Positions 39,882 to 50,846 of a DNA stretch of 64,000 nt are shown one piece after another. The position numbers were made by a program, and so were the translations under genes. The stretch's first letter is position 1; every line of letters starts with the position of its first letter. The notes below the pieces were generated by a model. The model saw only the letters and a program-made list of their open reading frames with translations, had not been told where the DNA came from and did no database searches. The stretch comes from an uncultured Poribacteria bacterium (lineage in GTDB: Bacteria; Poribacteria; WGA-4E; WGA-3G): the NCBI GenBank assembly GCA_951813565.1, contig OX638351.1, positions 4,512,001 to 4,576,000 on the forward strand, given 5' to 3'.

Positions 39882-41597
39882 TTAAGCATCATTATTATTT
39901 GAGGAAGGGACCGCAGGCTCCACATACAATGTTTTTTCGTGTGTATAGTGGACGTAACCCGCAACGTTGCCTTTACGTTTCACAACATAGCGTGCCCAAG
40001 TATAATCTACAGGAACATAACTGGAGTGGTGTGCTTTGCTGAAGTATGCGGCAAGCTGCGCGGCTTGTAATAAGGTGGGCATTGGAATGTCCGGTCGGTT
40101 TTCTGGGTTACGGATAATGACATGCGACCCGTGAATCTGTTTGGCATGAAGCCACATATCACGCGGTTTGGCAATCTGACGCAAAAGTAGATCGTTGGAT
40201 TGGCTATTACGACCGACATAGATATGAAAACCGTTGGTAGAAATATATTTTCGGAAAGGACCTTTACTTATTTCCTGCTGATGTTTGCCACGCTGCTGTG
40301 TTTTCAGGTATCCATTTTCAGTAAATTCCGCATGGAGACGACTTAATGTCTCAAGCGTATCCGCAGATTCGACTTTGTATCCATAAGTACGGAGCACCTC
40401 TTGTTCCGCTTCAAGCGCAGCAAGCCGTTGTTGTATTTGCGAATATCCACGTTTTGCTTTGGTGTATTTTTTAAAATAAGATTGGGCATTTTCGGAAGCG
40501 GTTTGCTCTGGATTCAGCGGGATCGTTAGTGTTTCGAGTTCAGGACTATAGTAATTTTGCAATGAAACCTGTTTTTGTCCGCGAGCGATTTTGTTAAGAT
40601 TTGCAAGTATAAGTTCGCCTTGAATGCGATAATCATCAGATTTTTCCGCCCGTTCCAAATCTTCGTATAGTCCTTTTTCCTTGCGCTGTAGCAGATTTTT
40701 CTGTTTTTCTAACGCCTGTATAAGAGTGTGTTTTTCCGATACCATCTTCTCTTTCAAAGTGATTGCATCGTAGTAGGCGATGAGTGCTTCGCTCATCGTG
40801 TCAAAAGTTTGAGAGGTAGCATTTGAAAATTGATGTAACGGCATTGGTGTGGCAGCTATTGGGTTTTCTCCATCTACGATTAATTGTGGCGAAGCGTCCT
40901 TTGGGTCAAAATACGCAATAACTTGTTGATATGCCTCCCATAGTCCAGTTTTTTCTGAACGGGCAACAATCTCCTTCGCAAGTGTTGGACTCAAACCATC
41001 TATCTTACTAAAAAGTGATTTCCAAGCGACGTCTGATATCTCGAAAAGTTCCTTAAAAGTCTCTTTATCCAGAGTCAATGGATCTAACTTGTCCTGCTGA
41101 GGTGGCAAGGCGTAGGTCTCACCGGGCAACACTTCTCTGTATCGGCTCATTGTTTCGTCAATATGTTTCAGGCATTCCAAAATTCTGTCATCGGTTTCGT
41201 CAATCAGAATGATATTGCTGTGTTTCCCCATAAATTCAGCGATGATTGCTTTCGGAGATGGCTGTATCGGTTCGTCAGATTTGGGTCGGACGGTTATTTT
41301 CAAAATACGATCCCAACCGAGTTGTTCAATCCCTGTGATAGTACCGTGTTTGAGATGTGTTGAAAGAAAATCAGCGAAATAGGATTGCTTTTGACCGGGA
41401 GGCGGTTTCTGAATTAGGTGGGTACGGGCATGGACGGAATGAGCAGATAAACAAAACCAGTGAGTTTGTGCACCTTGTCCAACCTTAAATGAAAATGTGG
41501 TTGGGTTTGCTTGTTCAATGTGCCGAATTGCGCCGCCTAAAAGGGTCTGGTGGAACTCGTGCGTAACAAGGCGTAAGGCTAAACTATCAAAAGACAT
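39882..41597 (-). CDS. rqcH: NFACT/RqcH (FbpA-like) ribosome quality control protein
   Basis: MSFD, EFMGKHSNIIL, NAQSYFKKYTKAK, VGRNSQSND and GSHVII. Confidence 0.9.
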   Translation of the reverse strand: MSFDSLALRLVTHEFHQTLLGGAIRHIEQANPTTFSFKVGQGAQTHWFCLSAHSVHARTHLIQKPPPGQKQSYFADFLSTHLKHGTITGIEQLGWDRILKITVRPKSDEPIQPSPKAIIAEFMGKHSNIILIDETDDRILECLKHIDETMSRYREVLPGETYALPPQQDKLDPLTLDKETFKELFEISDVAWKSLFSKIDGLSPTLAKEIVARSEKTGLWEAYQQVIAYFDPKDASPQLIVDGENPIAATPMPLHQFSNATSQTFDTMSEALIAYYDAITLKEKMVSEKHTLIQALEKQKNLLQRKEKGLYEDLERAEKSDDYRIQGELILANLNKIARGQKQVSLQNYYSPELETLTIPLNPEQTASENAQSYFKKYTKAKRGYSQIQQRLAALEAEQEVLRTYGYKVESADTLETLSRLHAEFTENGYLKTQQRGKHQQEISKGPFRKYISTNGFHIYVGRNSQSNDLLLRQIAKPRDMWLHAKQIHGSHVIIRNPENRPDIPMPTLLQAAQLAAYFSKAHHSSYVPVDYTWARYVVKRKGNVAGYVHYTHEKTLYVEPAVPSSNNNDA

Positions 41598-41670
41598 AGG
41601 TGGAGTCTCTCTTTAGATGTATTGTATTACTAATGATATTTAAGTTGAATCCTATATCATCCTTCCACTT

Positions 41671-42506
41671 TCAATCAATAACAAGAAATTCGTATCCTGT
41701 CGCTTTGTTCTGCTTTAATTCTTCATAGCTTGCAAATACACTCTTTCTCTGACCTGGGTATCCCCCCTGATATCCGCTCAGAATGTATTTCGCGTAATAC
41801 TTCAGTGCTTCCACTTTGTGTCCTGCAGCAAGTTCTTTATCCTCTTCAGGGTTGCCACTGCTGTATTCAGCCGCACTACCAAAAGGATCATCTTCCGGAT
41901 GTGCCAAAAACACCCAAAGACCGTGGTTTATACGCGCAATGTCAAAGTAAGCCATGTAGAGATCAGTAAGTCCACTTTTCTCGTACTTCTTGACATAGGC
42001 ATACAGTGCTTTGAGGTTATTTTGCGCATCTTGAGGTATTGGATAGCCCTCTTGTATAAGATAGTATTCAGCTGCAGGACGCCAACTACTGTTTGGATAA
42101 AGCTCAACCAAGCGTTTCAGGAAGCCATAATAATACAAATAGCCGCCCCCATTTCAAAGTAAGTGAAACGAGCCCCGTACTCATTGATGGTTTTGATTTT
42201 ATTCATTACTTTTGTATAGGCAACTTTTCTAAGGTCAGGGTCCTTCTGCTTTTGTGCTTCCCATTTTTCTTCATCAAGAATATCACTTAGTTTTTCAGAA
42301 AGCATGTTTGCGAGCCACAGTGCTTTCTCTTGCTCATCGCTTTTTCGATCTGTCATCAACAAAGGTTCCAGCGCGACCAGGGCATCATAAAACTTTAACT
42401 CTGTGATTAACGCCTCACTCTTTTCAAGTGGATTTTTATCTTCACCAAACGATAGCGTCAAAGTGAAAAGATAAAGCGAAATAACGAGAAACGTTTGCAA
42501 TTTCAT
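41671..42506 (-). pseudogene. Secreted hypothetical protein split by a 1-nt frameshift in a G-run near 42148
   Basis: FEMG(G) joins GYLYYYGFLKRL if one G is added to GGGGG. N-terminal signal peptide. Confidence 0.7.
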
Positions 42507-42715
42507 CTTATATCTCCTTATCGGTTGTAGTTAAAACCAGCGAACGCCACAAAATGGATTCCGCAGATTAGGGATGTCGCGAGGTAGACCTCGCTCCTAC
42601 AAGAAGAAATAGTGTTTATAAGCACACCTACAAGGAAGGAGGGCTAATCAAACTTTACACACTCCCAAATCATTCCACTCTTCAATTGTTTGTTTCTGTC
42701 TTAAGCGCCTTATAC

Positions 42716-43654
42716 CTAATGGTATCGCTTTAAATCCTGTGTCAATACTTGGAGTTGTTTCTGTATTTTGGGTGGGACGCGCGGGTTAAATGGACCTCCG
42801 CTACCTGCTTCAACATCGTCAAAACCACTTAAAATCATCGCTTCAACTACAGCGGAATAGTTATAGACGCGCTCGTTCATGAAACGGATCTCTTCAAGCG
42901 GTGCAATGTCAGCTTCAATGCGTGCAGAGGTTTCGTAATCACCACGGCGTTGTGCGTTATTGATTTCGTCTGAAGCACGCGCAAATGCGACTGCAATACC
43001 AGATGTATGTCCTTTCGTACCAAGTTGTGCTGGGCGCGTGCATCTGTCACCGATACCCCACATCACAATTCCACTGTTGCCAATGCCTTCAATGAGTGGT
43101 TGTATAGCTTCTTCATCTGTTCCAATTTTCACCCCAATAAAATGTGGTGAATCATTCAATAACCGGACGACTGCTGCTAAATCGCGCTTTTGCCGAAAAT
43201 AATAAAGAAAACGCGCGTGGCATTTACTGCCGTAGTTTTCTGCGAATTTCATATATTCTTCATAGACACCCTCTGGATTGGATATTCCTGTTAACGGCAT
43301 CAATAGAAATGCATCTGGGGGTCTGTTAAGTTCAGATTGCGCTTCAATAAGTTGTCCCGCTTGCCGAATCGGATTCGGAACAATTCCAGATATGAGGATA
43401 CCGTCATCACCCATCTGTTGACCTGTTTTTTCAATGAGGCGTAACTGCTGCGTTTCAGCAATGTGGTGTATTAGACTGGTACCCGCAATTGCGATAACGC
43501 GTTTTCGTCCTTCATCAAGGTAGTTGTGACTCATCAAATAATCAATATTCTTTGTATGCCCAACATAATCAATCTTATTACCTTTGAAAGGAATAATTGG
43601 AATTGCTGTAACGGAATTTAGAGCGTCTAATAAAAGTGGTAACGCTAATGGCAT
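42716..43654 (-). CDS. Dihydrodipicolinate synthase-like (DapA family) protein
   Basis: TAIPIIPF, GTS, LYY and IGVKIG (Schiff-base Lys). Confidence 0.75.
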   Translation of the reverse strand: MPLALPLLLDALNSVTAIPIIPFKGNKIDYVGHTKNIDYLMSHNYLDEGRKRVIAIAGTSLIHHIAETQQLRLIEKTGQQMGDDGILISGIVPNPIRQAGQLIEAQSELNRPPDAFLLMPLTGISNPEGVYEEYMKFAENYGSKCHARFLYYFRQKRDLAAVVRLLNDSPHFIGVKIGTDEEAIQPLIEGIGNSGIVMWGIGDRCTRPAQLGTKGHTSGIAVAFARASDEINNAQRRGDYETSARIEADIAPLEEIRFMNERVYNYSAVVEAMILSGFDDVEAGSGGPFNPRVPPKIQKQLQVLTQDLKRYH

Positions 43655-43666
43655 ATATTCCTCCTA

Positions 43667-44467
43667 TTAAAACTTTTTCTTTAGAACGAGTACTCCAGTC
43701 AGTGTCCCTGTTGACATATCAGTTTGCAAATCAATTTCAACGGAACGGGTCTGTTGCTGTTTTTGATTCCAACGTTTAGCAGTAATACGCGCTTCAACCG
43801 CACTGAAAACATGGTTGAAAATCACCAAACCTAAAACTGTACGTGCACTTTGAAATGTATCATTTGCTTTTTGTCTTAGGTCAAAAGCCTCCAACCGATA
43901 TTTCGAGTCAAACTCAATAGTACCATCTCGTTCATTTTTCAGTAATGGATCCAGGTCTTTCCAGTACCATTTACCTGTCCGTGTTCGGGTTTCCTCTGAG
44001 TCATAGACATGATTCCAGTTCTCATATTGTGTGGCGTGTTCAAAATCCTCAATTGGATCCCATGCTTCAAAATTACCGGGGCCTTCAAAGATTATATTCT
44101 GTCTGACAACTTCTCGGTAATCGTCGCGTGTGTTTACAGCGTTGTTCCGCAAAATAAAATAGGTTACAAGCAGCCCCACTTCAGCAGCCGTGTAAATATA
44201 GCCGTGCTTTGCGCCGGTGTAGAGTTGCCCCATGCCTGGAATGGCAAGTGAATAAAGAAACGCTTCATTTGCGGACTTTCGCGGGACAAGACTTTCGTTT
44301 GCTGTCGTAGAGACAGTAGATTGGTTTATCAACACTCGGATTCCGAGATTAGAATCGAGATAGAAATTTGTGAGTGGACTCACCTGGGAACCATTGGATG
44401 ATAGGCATATACCAGACGATAGACATAAAATAATTAGAGACAAAAAAATTGTAAGGTTCGATTTCAC
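43667..44467 (-). CDS. Exported DUF5683-like protein
   Basis: Signal peptide, SLAIPGMGQLY, NHVFSAVEA and a C-terminal Phe. Confidence 0.6.
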   Translation of the reverse strand: MKSNLTIFLSLIILCLSSGICLSSNGSQVSPLTNFYLDSNLGIRVLINQSTVSTTANESLVPRKSANEAFLYSLAIPGMGQLYTGAKHGYIYTAAEVGLLVTYFILRNNAVNTRDDYREVVRQNIIFEGPGNFEAWDPIEDFEHATQYENWNHVYDSEETRTRTGKWYWKDLDPLLKNERDGTIEFDSKYRLEAFDLRQKANDTFQSARTVLGLVIFNHVFSAVEARITAKRWNQKQQQTRSVEIDLQTDMSTGTLTGVLVLKKKF

Positions 44468-44640
44468 TTTGATGGTACTACCTCAAATAAAAATAGTAGA
44501 TTTTAGAATTTTTAATACGTAGTCACTCGGTACGCTTACAAAGCGCGCCTACATTATTATCCGTCTTAACTGAAAGTCGTGACCCGCCAAATGCCAAAGG
44601 CGCATTTGGCGTTGATTCGAGGTCACTCCTACAGACTAAT

Positions 44641-45753
44641 TTAAAAGGCGACGATTCCTGTCGCTTCAATAAGCCGTGCTTGGCTGGGACCGAAACGGGG
44701 CCCGTATGTCAAATCTATATTAAATAGATACACCTTCACGCCAATACCGTAGGTGAAATAATCTGTTAACTCAGGCAGGTCAATACCCGGCTCAGACTTG
44801 TAGCCTACGCGTAATGCCAATAGGTTACCGAGCCAGTACTCTAAACCAAGATTCTTTTGCAGATGTCGCCATTCAAATGCGCGAATACCTACGCCTCTAT
44901 CAGACAGCAGCTGTTCTTGGGTAAGTTTTTCAGTTCTATCTACGTTAAGCCGTTCTAAATCTGCGGCTAATTCCGTCTCATTCTCCGTCAATTTATCAAT
45001 ATATGCGGCGATTCCACTAACAAAGCGAAGATGGTTATACCTATCACGATAGAGAATCGTAGAAGTTCCAACCCTAAGCATTCTCGGTAATGGATCTGCT
45101 TGGTTTTCATCAATAAAAGAGATACCAGGTCCTATGTTCTGGACTACCACACCTAAAGTTGTAGGCACTAAATCCAACGGAAGAAGATACTGCATTCCTA
45201 AATCAACAGCATAAGAACTGCCTGTTTCTCTACCAAGTACCATCCGTATCATCTTACCGTTGATGCCTGCTGTCAAAGAGCCGGTTATAGCGTCTGCATA
45301 AGAGAAGGTCAAAGCCATGTTGGTGCCGAGGCTTTCTTCACGGAGAACATCAGGAGAATCGCTTGTTACTTGAATAGTGCCTTGCCCTTGTAACTGAAGC
45401 GTAGCACCAACAGTTCCAGCATTTCCCAGCGGCATTGCCCCAGAAATGAATGTATAATATAAGCCTTCACCTGCTTCACCGAATGGTCCGCTATAATCCG
45501 TATAAAACATAGAGGCTTGCGCCCCTTGTTTACCAGAACGTAATTTACTTTCTGGCATCTCCGCCAACCCGCTTGGATTCCAAAGCGATGTGGTAACATC
45601 ACCAGACATAGCGGAAAATGCATCACCCATGGCTCTGGCACGAGCACCGCCGCCTAAGTTAAGGATTTGCGCACCTGTCCGACCTGGACCCGCAAAAACT
45701 GTGGTTGGCAGAAAAAAAACTACTGATAAAAGTAGTGCGAAATATCTCATCAT
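44641..45753 (-). CDS. PorV/PorQ (FadL-like beta-barrel) family protein
   Basis: GARARAMGDAF...WNPSGL, AVDLG, NIGP...ADPLP, GLEYW..LALRVGY and a C-terminal Phe. Confidence 0.85.
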   Translation of the reverse strand: MMRYFALLLSVVFFLPTTVFAGPGRTGAQILNLGGGARARAMGDAFSAMSGDVTTSLWNPSGLAEMPESKLRSGKQGAQASMFYTDYSGPFGEAGEGLYYTFISGAMPLGNAGTVGATLQLQGQGTIQVTSDSPDVLREESLGTNMALTFSYADAITGSLTAGINGKMIRMVLGRETGSSYAVDLGMQYLLPLDLVPTTLGVVVQNIGPGISFIDENQADPLPRMLRVGTSTILYRDRYNHLRFVSGIAAYIDKLTENETELAADLERLNVDRTEKLTQEQLLSDRGVGIRAFEWRHLQKNLGLEYWLGNLLALRVGYKSEPGIDLPELTDYFTYGIGVKVYLFNIDLTYGPRFGPSQARLIEATGIVAF

Positions 45754-45961
45754 AAAAGCATGCTTAGTTTCATAAGAACCTGCGTAGGGAACTCTATGAA
45801 ATAGCACCTCCTCTGTATCTATTTTTGTTAAAAATTTACTTTATATTATTATAACATATATTTTAACGTAAATCACTTTTTCAGGTTTACATTCAATAAA
45901 AAGAAATAGGCAGATACCCAAATGGGTACCTGCCTGTGTTAGAAATCGGTTTTTTTGTGTC

Positions 45962-46978
45962 CTACTGCGCTAATTCCTGCTTCAAATATCCCCAGCGAGT
46001 CGTCACTTTCTCCGCAGGAGACACGGCAAGCGGCCCTTCAACCCAATGCGGAAACAAAGCATGCCCTTGTGGAAAATCGGTGAGCTTCGTCATGCGACGG
46101 CTATTCAGATCATACCGATGGATATTACGGGTACCCCCCGTTTCTTGATATGAAAGCAGCACGGTGTTATCATCCCCCATCCACGTTAAACCGGCCACCT
46201 GCCCATATTTCCCCTCCGGTGTGGGGAGCTTGTGGACATCGCGCGCGTTCGTGGACACCTTATGAATAATAAGGCGTCTCGCTACGGGCTTCAGATCTAC
46301 CTCATGATACATGATGTATCTACCGGAGGGGGACCAGCACGCATAACCACGAACAGTAAGGGTGGCAGGGGCAGGGACGATCTGTTCTTTTTTGCCACCA
46401 TCAGCATTCATGACCCAGATAGCCTCTCCATTGTGATAAACAATCCGGCTACCGTCAGGAGACCAACGCGGCGCTTGGGTCCACCCGCCTTCTATTTCGT
46501 TATTTGTCAGCGCAGTGAGTTTGTCACGTGCTAAGTCGTAGACGTAAATATCTAACTCGCCCGTCCGGCGACTGTCAAAGGCGATGTACCTACCATCTGG
46601 AGAGGGGTCGGGGCTTGTGTCTTTTCGATGGGGGTCCACGATAAAGCTGTATTCATTGCGTCCTGTTTCATCTATGATGAATAATTCTCTATGTATTGTT
46701 GTCCCTGTGTTCCATTTGCCTTCCCCCCAGTCTCTTTCGAACACGATCCGTTTGCCATCAGGAAACCATCGCGGCGTTCTATCATAACGATGGGGGGGCG
46801 TAATTCTGCGTAAGTTGCTGCCGTCATCCTCCATCGCATAGATATGATAGCGCGTTGCTCCCAGATGTTTCAGTCCTGCTTGGAACACTATTTTGGCATT
46901 GCTATTCAACTGACAAAGCAAGAAAATAGCAAAACAGCCGAACAGATGCAAAAGTGTTGGACAACGTTTCATTATCAT
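45962..46978 (-). CDS. Secreted TolB-like (PD40) beta-propeller protein, copy A
   Basis: WFPDGKRIVF, SPDGRYIAF, WSPDG and an LAVSPAEKVTTRWGYLK end. Confidence 0.88.
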   Translation of the reverse strand: MIMKRCPTLLHLFGCFAIFLLCQLNSNAKIVFQAGLKHLGATRYHIYAMEDDGSNLRRITPPHRYDRTPRWFPDGKRIVFERDWGEGKWNTGTTIHRELFIIDETGRNEYSFIVDPHRKDTSPDPSPDGRYIAFDSRRTGELDIYVYDLARDKLTALTNNEIEGGWTQAPRWSPDGSRIVYHNGEAIWVMNADGGKKEQIVPAPATLTVRGYACWSPSGRYIMYHEVDLKPVARRLIIHKVSTNARDVHKLPTPEGKYGQVAGLTWMGDDNTVLLSYQETGGTRNIHRYDLNSRRMTKLTDFPQGHALFPHWVEGPLAVSPAEKVTTRWGYLKQELAQ

Positions 46979-47050
46979 GGCAAAGCTCCTTTCGTGTAGA
47001 GTCTGCGGGCCTTTATGAGAGCCCACAGACAATAGAATAGCAGAAAGTTA

Positions 47051-47349
47051 TTAATTAAGCGGAGGATCAGAAAGATTGAGTTCCTCGGAGTCGGAGACGT
47101 TGAGTTCATCTATATTTGCTCCGCCGTCTATGGGTTGTGCGGTGGCAGTGATCTCCGCTTGAACAAGATACTTGTGACCTTCTAGTAGATTGCTCCCATC
47201 AAAGGAGTCGGATTTAGAGTAAGGCGGCGCACTATCAGACGATCCGGGGTTTGCCTCAAGCCTTCCCCCTCGGAAGAGTCCCGGAGGCTGGTTCCATAGT
47301 GTATCTGCCGCATTGCCTAAGGGTGTTAAGCGGACAACATTATAAAATA
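47051..47349 (-). pseudogene. 3' fragment of a paralog of the 50025-50846 gene
   Basis: Near-identical to 50025-50314, truncated next to the IS. Confidence 0.8.
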
Positions 47350-47360
47350 GACATTATAAT

Positions 47361-48818
47361 CAATACCTTCGCCAAAAATAATTGAATAAATAGGGCGTCT
47401 GTCCTAAAGTTATAACAGTTAACCATAACTTAGAAAGGACAATCGCCCATGTCAGAAATTATAGCACTGTTTACTGTTCTTAATCCATGTTTATCCGCAA
47501 CGATGACGCGGCAGTTATGCCGAGTTGTATTCGCACTACTTGCGATGAGTGGTCGGGTAACCATGTTAAATATCTCTCGTTGGACAACCCAAGGCGGTAG
47601 CTACCGCACCATACAACGCTTTTTCAACACTGTTATGTCTTGGACGACGATGTGTTGGATGTTTTTTCGCACGCATCTGTTTGATCGTGAAAGTGACTAC
47701 ATCCTCACAGGAGACGAAGTGGTTGTGCCAAAAGCAGGAAAATCTACTTATGGTTTATCTCGTTTCTTTTCTTCATTGTATGGCAAAGCGGTCCCCGGTT
47801 TGTCGTTTTTAGCCGTGTCCTTAGTGAGTGTCAACCGAAGGCGTTCATACCCGATGGTTATGGAGCAAATCGTGCGTGGCACCTCATCGTCAAATCAAGG
47901 AGTTTGTGCTTCCGAACATCAGGACAACACCGAGACAGCAACACCAAGACATAAATGCGGGCGTCCAAAGGGAAGCCGAAACCGAAACAAAGACGATGTC
48001 ATGCTCAGCGATGTGTTGAAGCAACTTCAAACGATGGTCAAGGCGTTGCTAAAACTGGTTGGCAACTTGATCCCACTCCGTTATCTTGTGCTTGATGGAT
48101 ACTTCGGACATAATAATGCGCTACAAATGACAAAGCAATGTGGACTACATCTCATTTCAAAACTACGCATAGATGCTGCGTTGTATCTGCCACCGACGAC
48201 ACCTTACGCCGGACAAGGGCGCCCACGCATCTACGGAGAGCGTTTCACCCCACGACAGATTGACCCTAAGTATTGTGTTTCTGCCGACACACAGGGAAAC
48301 CTGAGAACCGAAGTGTATCAAATGAACTTACGCCACAAAAAGTTCACAGACTTCCTAAATGTAGTTTGCGTTCTCAAAACGAACTTGACGACGAAACAAC
48401 AAGCACACGTTTTACTGTTCAGTTCTGATTTAGCGTTAGACGCTGAAAAACTGATTGATTATTATTCCCTCCGTTTTCAAATCGAGTTCAACTTCCGCGA
48501 CGCAAAGCAATATTGGGATTACAAGATTTTATGAATGTCAACAAGATACCAGTAAACAATGCAGCGAACCTCTCAATGTTTATGGTGAATGTGAGTGCTA
48601 AACTCATAGATACGCTCCGTTGTAAAAATACTGCGTCCAGTGTTTTAGACCTAAAAGCACGCTACCGAGGTTTGAAGTATTTACACGAAACATTAAAAAT
48701 ACTTCCGCAAAAACCTGAACCTATTGTTATTCAACAAATCGCACAACATTTGGGAACAATCGGTGCTATTCATCACACACAACCAAAACTGAACCCCGGA
48801 TAATTGGCGAAGGTATTG
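47361..48818 (+). mobile_element. IS4-superfamily (IS701/ISH3-like) insertion sequence, 1458 bp
   Basis: Perfect 15-bp IR CAATACCTTCGCCAA and a DDE transposase. Confidence 0.9.
47449..48803 (+). pseudogene. DDE transposase with a 1-nt frameshift near 48516
   Basis: GDEVVVPKAGK, VLDGYFG and YSLRFQIEFNFRDAKQYW/GLQDF. One G is missing in TGGGA. Confidence 0.88.
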
Positions 48819-50314
48819 ATTATTATAACATATATTTTAACGTAAATCACTTTTTCAGGTTTACATTCAATAAAAAGAAATAGGCAGATACCCAAATGGG
48901 TACCTGCCTGTGTTAGAAATCGGTTTTTTTGTGTCCTACTGCGCTAATTCCTGCTTCAAATATCCCCAGCGAGTCGTCACTTTCCCCGCAGGAGACACGG
49001 CAAGCGGTCCTTCAACCCAATGCGGAAAGTAAGCATGCCCTTGTGGAAAATCGGTGAGTTTCGTCATCCGACGGCTATTCAGATCATACCGATGGATATT
49101 ACGGGTACCCCCCGTTTCTTGATATGAAAGCAGCACGGTGTTATCATCCCCCATCCACGTTAAACCGGCCACCTGCCCATATTTCCCCTCCGGTGTGGGG
49201 AGCTTGTGGACATCGCGCGCGTTCGTGGACACCTTATGAACAATAAGGCGTCTCGCTACGGGCTTCAGATCTACCTCATGATACATGATGTATCTACCGG
49301 AGGGGGACCAGCACGCATAACCACGAACAGTAAGGGTGGCAGGGGCAGGGACGATCTGTTCTTTTTTGCCACCATCAGCATTCATGACCCAGATAGCCTC
49401 TCCATTGTGATAAACAATCCGGCTGCCGTCAGGAGACCAACGCGGCGCTTGGGTCCACCCGCCTTCTATTTCGTTATTTGTCAGCGCAGTGAGTTTGTCA
49501 CGTGCTAAGTCGTAGACGTAAATATCTAACTCTCCTGTCCGGCGACTGTCAAAGGCGATGTACCTACCATCTGGAGAGGGGTCGGGGCTTGTGTCTTTTC
49601 GATGGGGGTCCACGATAAAGCTGTATTCATTGCGTCCTGTTTCATCTATGATGAATAATTCTCTATGTATTGTTGTCCCTGTGTTCCATTTGCCTTCCCC
49701 CCAGTCTCTTTCGAACACGATCCGTTTGCCATCAGGAAACCATCGCGCCGCAGTATCATAACGATGGGGGGGCGTAATTCTGCGTAAGTTGCTGCCGTCA
49801 TCCTCCATCGCATAGATATGATAGCGCGTATCTCCAGCGTGTTTTATTTTCGCATCAAACACTATTTTTGCAGTGCCATTCAACGGACAAAGCAGGAACA
49901 TAGCAAGAAGGGCCAACACAGGTAAAAGGGTCAGACGACTTTTTATTTTCATAGCATGGCTCCTTTCGTGTAGAGTCTGCGGGCCCTTACGAGAGCCCGC
50001 AGACAATAGAATAGCAGAAAGTTATTAATTACGAGAAAGATTGAGTTCCTCGGAGTCGGAGACGTTGAGTTCATCTATATTTGCTCCGCCGTCTATGGGT
50101 TGTGCGGTGGCAGTGATCTCCGCTTGAACAAGATACGTGTGATCTTCTAGTAGATTGCTCCCATCAAAGGAGTCGGATTTAGAGTAAGGCGGCGCACTAT
50201 CAGACGATCCGGGGTTTGCCTCAAGCCTTCCCCCTCGGAAGAGTCCCGGAGGCTGGTTCCATAGTGTCTCTGCCGCATTGCCTAAGGGTGTTAAGCGGAC
50301 AACATTATAAAATA
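48819..50314. repeat. 1.5-kb duplicated segment, copy B
   Basis: Matches 45845-47349. Confidence 0.95.
48936..49952 (-). CDS. Secreted TolB-like (PD40) beta-propeller protein, copy B
   Basis: As copy A but with a different signal peptide. Ends LAVSPAGKVTTRWGYLK. Confidence 0.88.
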   Translation of the reverse strand: MKIKSRLTLLPVLALLAMFLLCPLNGTAKIVFDAKIKHAGDTRYHIYAMEDDGSNLRRITPPHRYDTAARWFPDGKRIVFERDWGEGKWNTGTTIHRELFIIDETGRNEYSFIVDPHRKDTSPDPSPDGRYIAFDSRRTGELDIYVYDLARDKLTALTNNEIEGGWTQAPRWSPDGSRIVYHNGEAIWVMNADGGKKEQIVPAPATLTVRGYACWSPSGRYIMYHEVDLKPVARRLIVHKVSTNARDVHKLPTPEGKYGQVAGLTWMGDDNTVLLSYQETGGTRNIHRYDLNSRRMTKLTDFPQGHAYFPHWVEGPLAVSPAGKVTTRWGYLKQELAQ

Positions 50315-50846
50315 TATTAAACCCATAGTTGATTGGCTCTTCACTGTAGCTTGTAACGCTTGCTGATCCAATGACTTCTGCGGTGCGGCCGTTCCAGCCG
50401 ACATCCATTGATGCGGACATTTGCGCCATCGTCCAGCTTCCCGTCTTTGTGCCCGTTTGTGGCGCGCTGTAGACACTCGCGCTGTAGGAATCAGTGTCAG
50501 AGGGGAACGTATTATTCTCCGCATCAGAAAACCACGCCACTGCCTTTATCGTATAAGTTCTACCGAAAGGAGAACCCGCGCGCGTGCTCAAGTTTTCATA
50601 GACACTTCTCGTGGGAGAGTAGTAGTGCGAAGTCGTCTTTATTTTTAGATTGTCTATATACCAGTCTATAACATATATGTCTTCATCCGCTGACAGAGAT
50701 GCGTCAACGTACGCACCACCCCCAAAATCATTACTTGTATAGACGGACAGCGACGTGATAGACGCTGCATCACTTTGATTGATAATACTGATTAGCAACA
50801 AGGAACATATCGCAATCGCGATCCCGATTGATTTCAATCTGATCAT
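50025..50846 (-). CDS. Secreted hypothetical Ser/Thr-rich beta protein
   Basis: Signal peptide MIRLKSIGIAIAICSLLLISIINQSDA after AAGGAG. Confidence 0.7.
   Translation of the reverse strand: MIRLKSIGIAIAICSLLLISIINQSDAASITSLSVYTSNDFGGGAYVDASLSADEDIYVIDWYIDNLKIKTTSHYYSPTRSVYENLSTRAGSPFGRTYTIKAVAWFSDAENNTFPSDTDSYSASVYSAPQTGTKTGSWTMAQMSASMDVGWNGRTAEVIGSASVTSYSEEPINYGFNIFYNVVRLTPLGNAAETLWNQPPGLFRGGRLEANPGSSDSAPPYSKSDSFDGSNLLEDHTYLVQAEITATAQPIDGGANIDELNVSDSEELNLSRN

Larger units (their letters stand above)
45845..47349. repeat. 1.5-kb duplicated segment, copy A
   Basis: Matches 48819-50314 (offset 2974 over most of the length). Confidence 0.95.

Noticed and set aside
45962..49952. Diversity-generating retroelement TR/VR pair
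   Set aside because: The differences are not adenine-specific, both copies are full genes, and there is no reverse transcriptase in the window.
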